The position numbers were made by a program, and so were the translations under genes. Below the pieces are notes generated by a model. The model did not search any database, was not told the DNA's origin, and saw only the letters and a list, made by a program, of their open reading frames with translations. A stretch of DNA of 6,857 bases from Verrucomicrobia bacterium UBA3869 (GTDB taxonomy: Bacteria; Verrucomicrobiota; Verrucomicrobiia; Opitutales; UBA9783): NCBI GenBank assembly GCA_002392285.1, contig DGGR01000026.1, positions 1 through 6,857 of the forward strand, given 5' to 3'. Of this stretch, positions 6,342 through 6,857 are shown piece by piece (position 1 is the stretch's first letter; each line of letters begins with the position of its first letter).

Positions 6342-6857
6342 TTACATCAATAATTGGGTTATAACATAGTCGCTTACCAAAATAGCCACCATGGTTTGGA
6401 CCAAGGTGCTGGTTACCGACGAACCAATTTCGCGCGGCCCTCCACGCGTACGCAATCCAATAGAGCAACTCATTAAGGTAATAATGAGCGCAAAGACCTC
6501 AGCCTTAAATAGGCCATTGCTGATACTATCCCATTTGACAAAAATTTTCAAATTGCGCCAATAAATTGCGTCACTGAGCCCAATAAAGGGCGTTACATGA
6601 ACCACATACCATCCACCTATCCAGCCGAAGGCGTTGGAAAACATGGTTAATAGCGGCATCATGGTTAATCCCGCCATAACGCGCGGCATAACCAACAAGC
6701 GCACCGGTGATAGATTCATGGTATGCAACGCATCGATTTCTTGGTAAACCGACATAGACCCCAATTCTGCCGTAATAGCGGAGCCAACGCGTCCGGTTAA
6801 CAAAAACGCAGTCATCAACGGTCCAAATTCGCGACACATCGCTAATCCAACAATACT
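6342..6857 (-). CDS. mlaE: ABC transporter permease, MlaE-like (5'-partial; start lies beyond the right window edge)
   Basis: The frame stays open to nt 6857 (reverse complement reads SIVGLAMCREFGP...), so the Met at 6839 is internal. CREFGPLMTAFLLTGRVGSAITAELGSMSVYQEIDAL matches the conserved MlaE core (E. coli [26 protein letters not shown]). The stop TAA at 6342-6344 abuts the mlaF ATG (TAAATG). Confidence 0.88.
   Translation of the reverse strand, partial: SIVGLAMCREFGPLMTAFLLTGRVGSAITAELGSMSVYQEIDALHTMNLSPVRLLVMPRVMAGLTMMPLLTMFSNAFGWIGGWYVVHVTPFIGLSDAIYWRNLKIFVKWDSISNGLFKAEVFALIITLMSCSIGLRTRGGPREIGSSVTSTLVQTMVAILVSDYVITQLLM

Noticed and set aside
1157-6837. Twelve secondary ORFs of 63-125 aa from the six-frame track (1157-1393+, 1499-1690-, 1827-2045-, 3655-3864-, 3716-3931+, 3936-4196-, 4127-4336-, 4355-4558-, 4853-5191+, 5255-5461+, 5779-6156+, 6571-6837-)
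   Set aside because: Every one lies wholly inside, and out of frame with or antisense to, a long ORF with unambiguous family motifs (MutS, Rho, MlaD, MlaF, MlaE). Their translations are low-complexity or Ser/Arg/Cys-rich with no recognisable motif. They are typical shadow ORFs.
1-6857. A search for a defence system, mobile element, CRISPR array, toxin-antitoxin pair, tRNA or integration site, or a composition break suggesting an island
   Set aside because: All six long ORFs have clear housekeeping family assignments and fill the window. I found no direct or inverted terminal repeats, no repeat-spacer periodicity, no recombinase or nuclease-like ORFs, and no obvious shift in base composition by eye. 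The window appears to be an ordinary core region.

Overview
This window looks like ordinary core chromosome from a diderm (Gram-negative-type) bacterium. It is packed with six genes in two convergent blocks. On the plus strand are a 5'-truncated mutS (1-2382), a DUF374 / lysophospholipid-acyltransferase-like gene overlapping it by 8 nt (2375-2995), a 112-bp AT-rich spacer with promoter-like hexamers, and rho (3108-4796), which encodes an unusually long 562-aa Rho. On the minus strand is a tightly coupled mlaE-mlaF-mlaD operon (permease, ATPase, MCE protein) for lipid transport, running 6857 down to 4819. Its mlaE is cut by the window edge, and its end lies only 22 bp from the rho stop codon. 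I saw no rRNA, tRNA, CRISPR array, transposase or integrase, long repeat or defence-island hallmark, and I cannot support a claim of a new multi-gene system here. The most unusual element is a roughly 145-aa N-terminal extension on Rho. It contains a basic patch, a 26-aa tract that is half Asn/Gln, and a Trp-rich helix-like segment. By eye, the primary RNA-binding motif of the Rho OB-fold also looks degenerate. Lesser observations: mutS-DUF374 translational coupling, a MutS without the C-terminal tetramerisation tail, an MlaD with a long duplicated-motif C-terminal extension and no mlaC or mlaB downstream, no canonical intrinsic terminator at the convergent junction, and no Shine-Dalgarno motif at any of the four visible start codons. 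Lineage cannot be assigned without a database search; a PVC/Chlamydiae-like origin is only a weak guess. All alignments were done by eye from memory of E. coli reference proteins.
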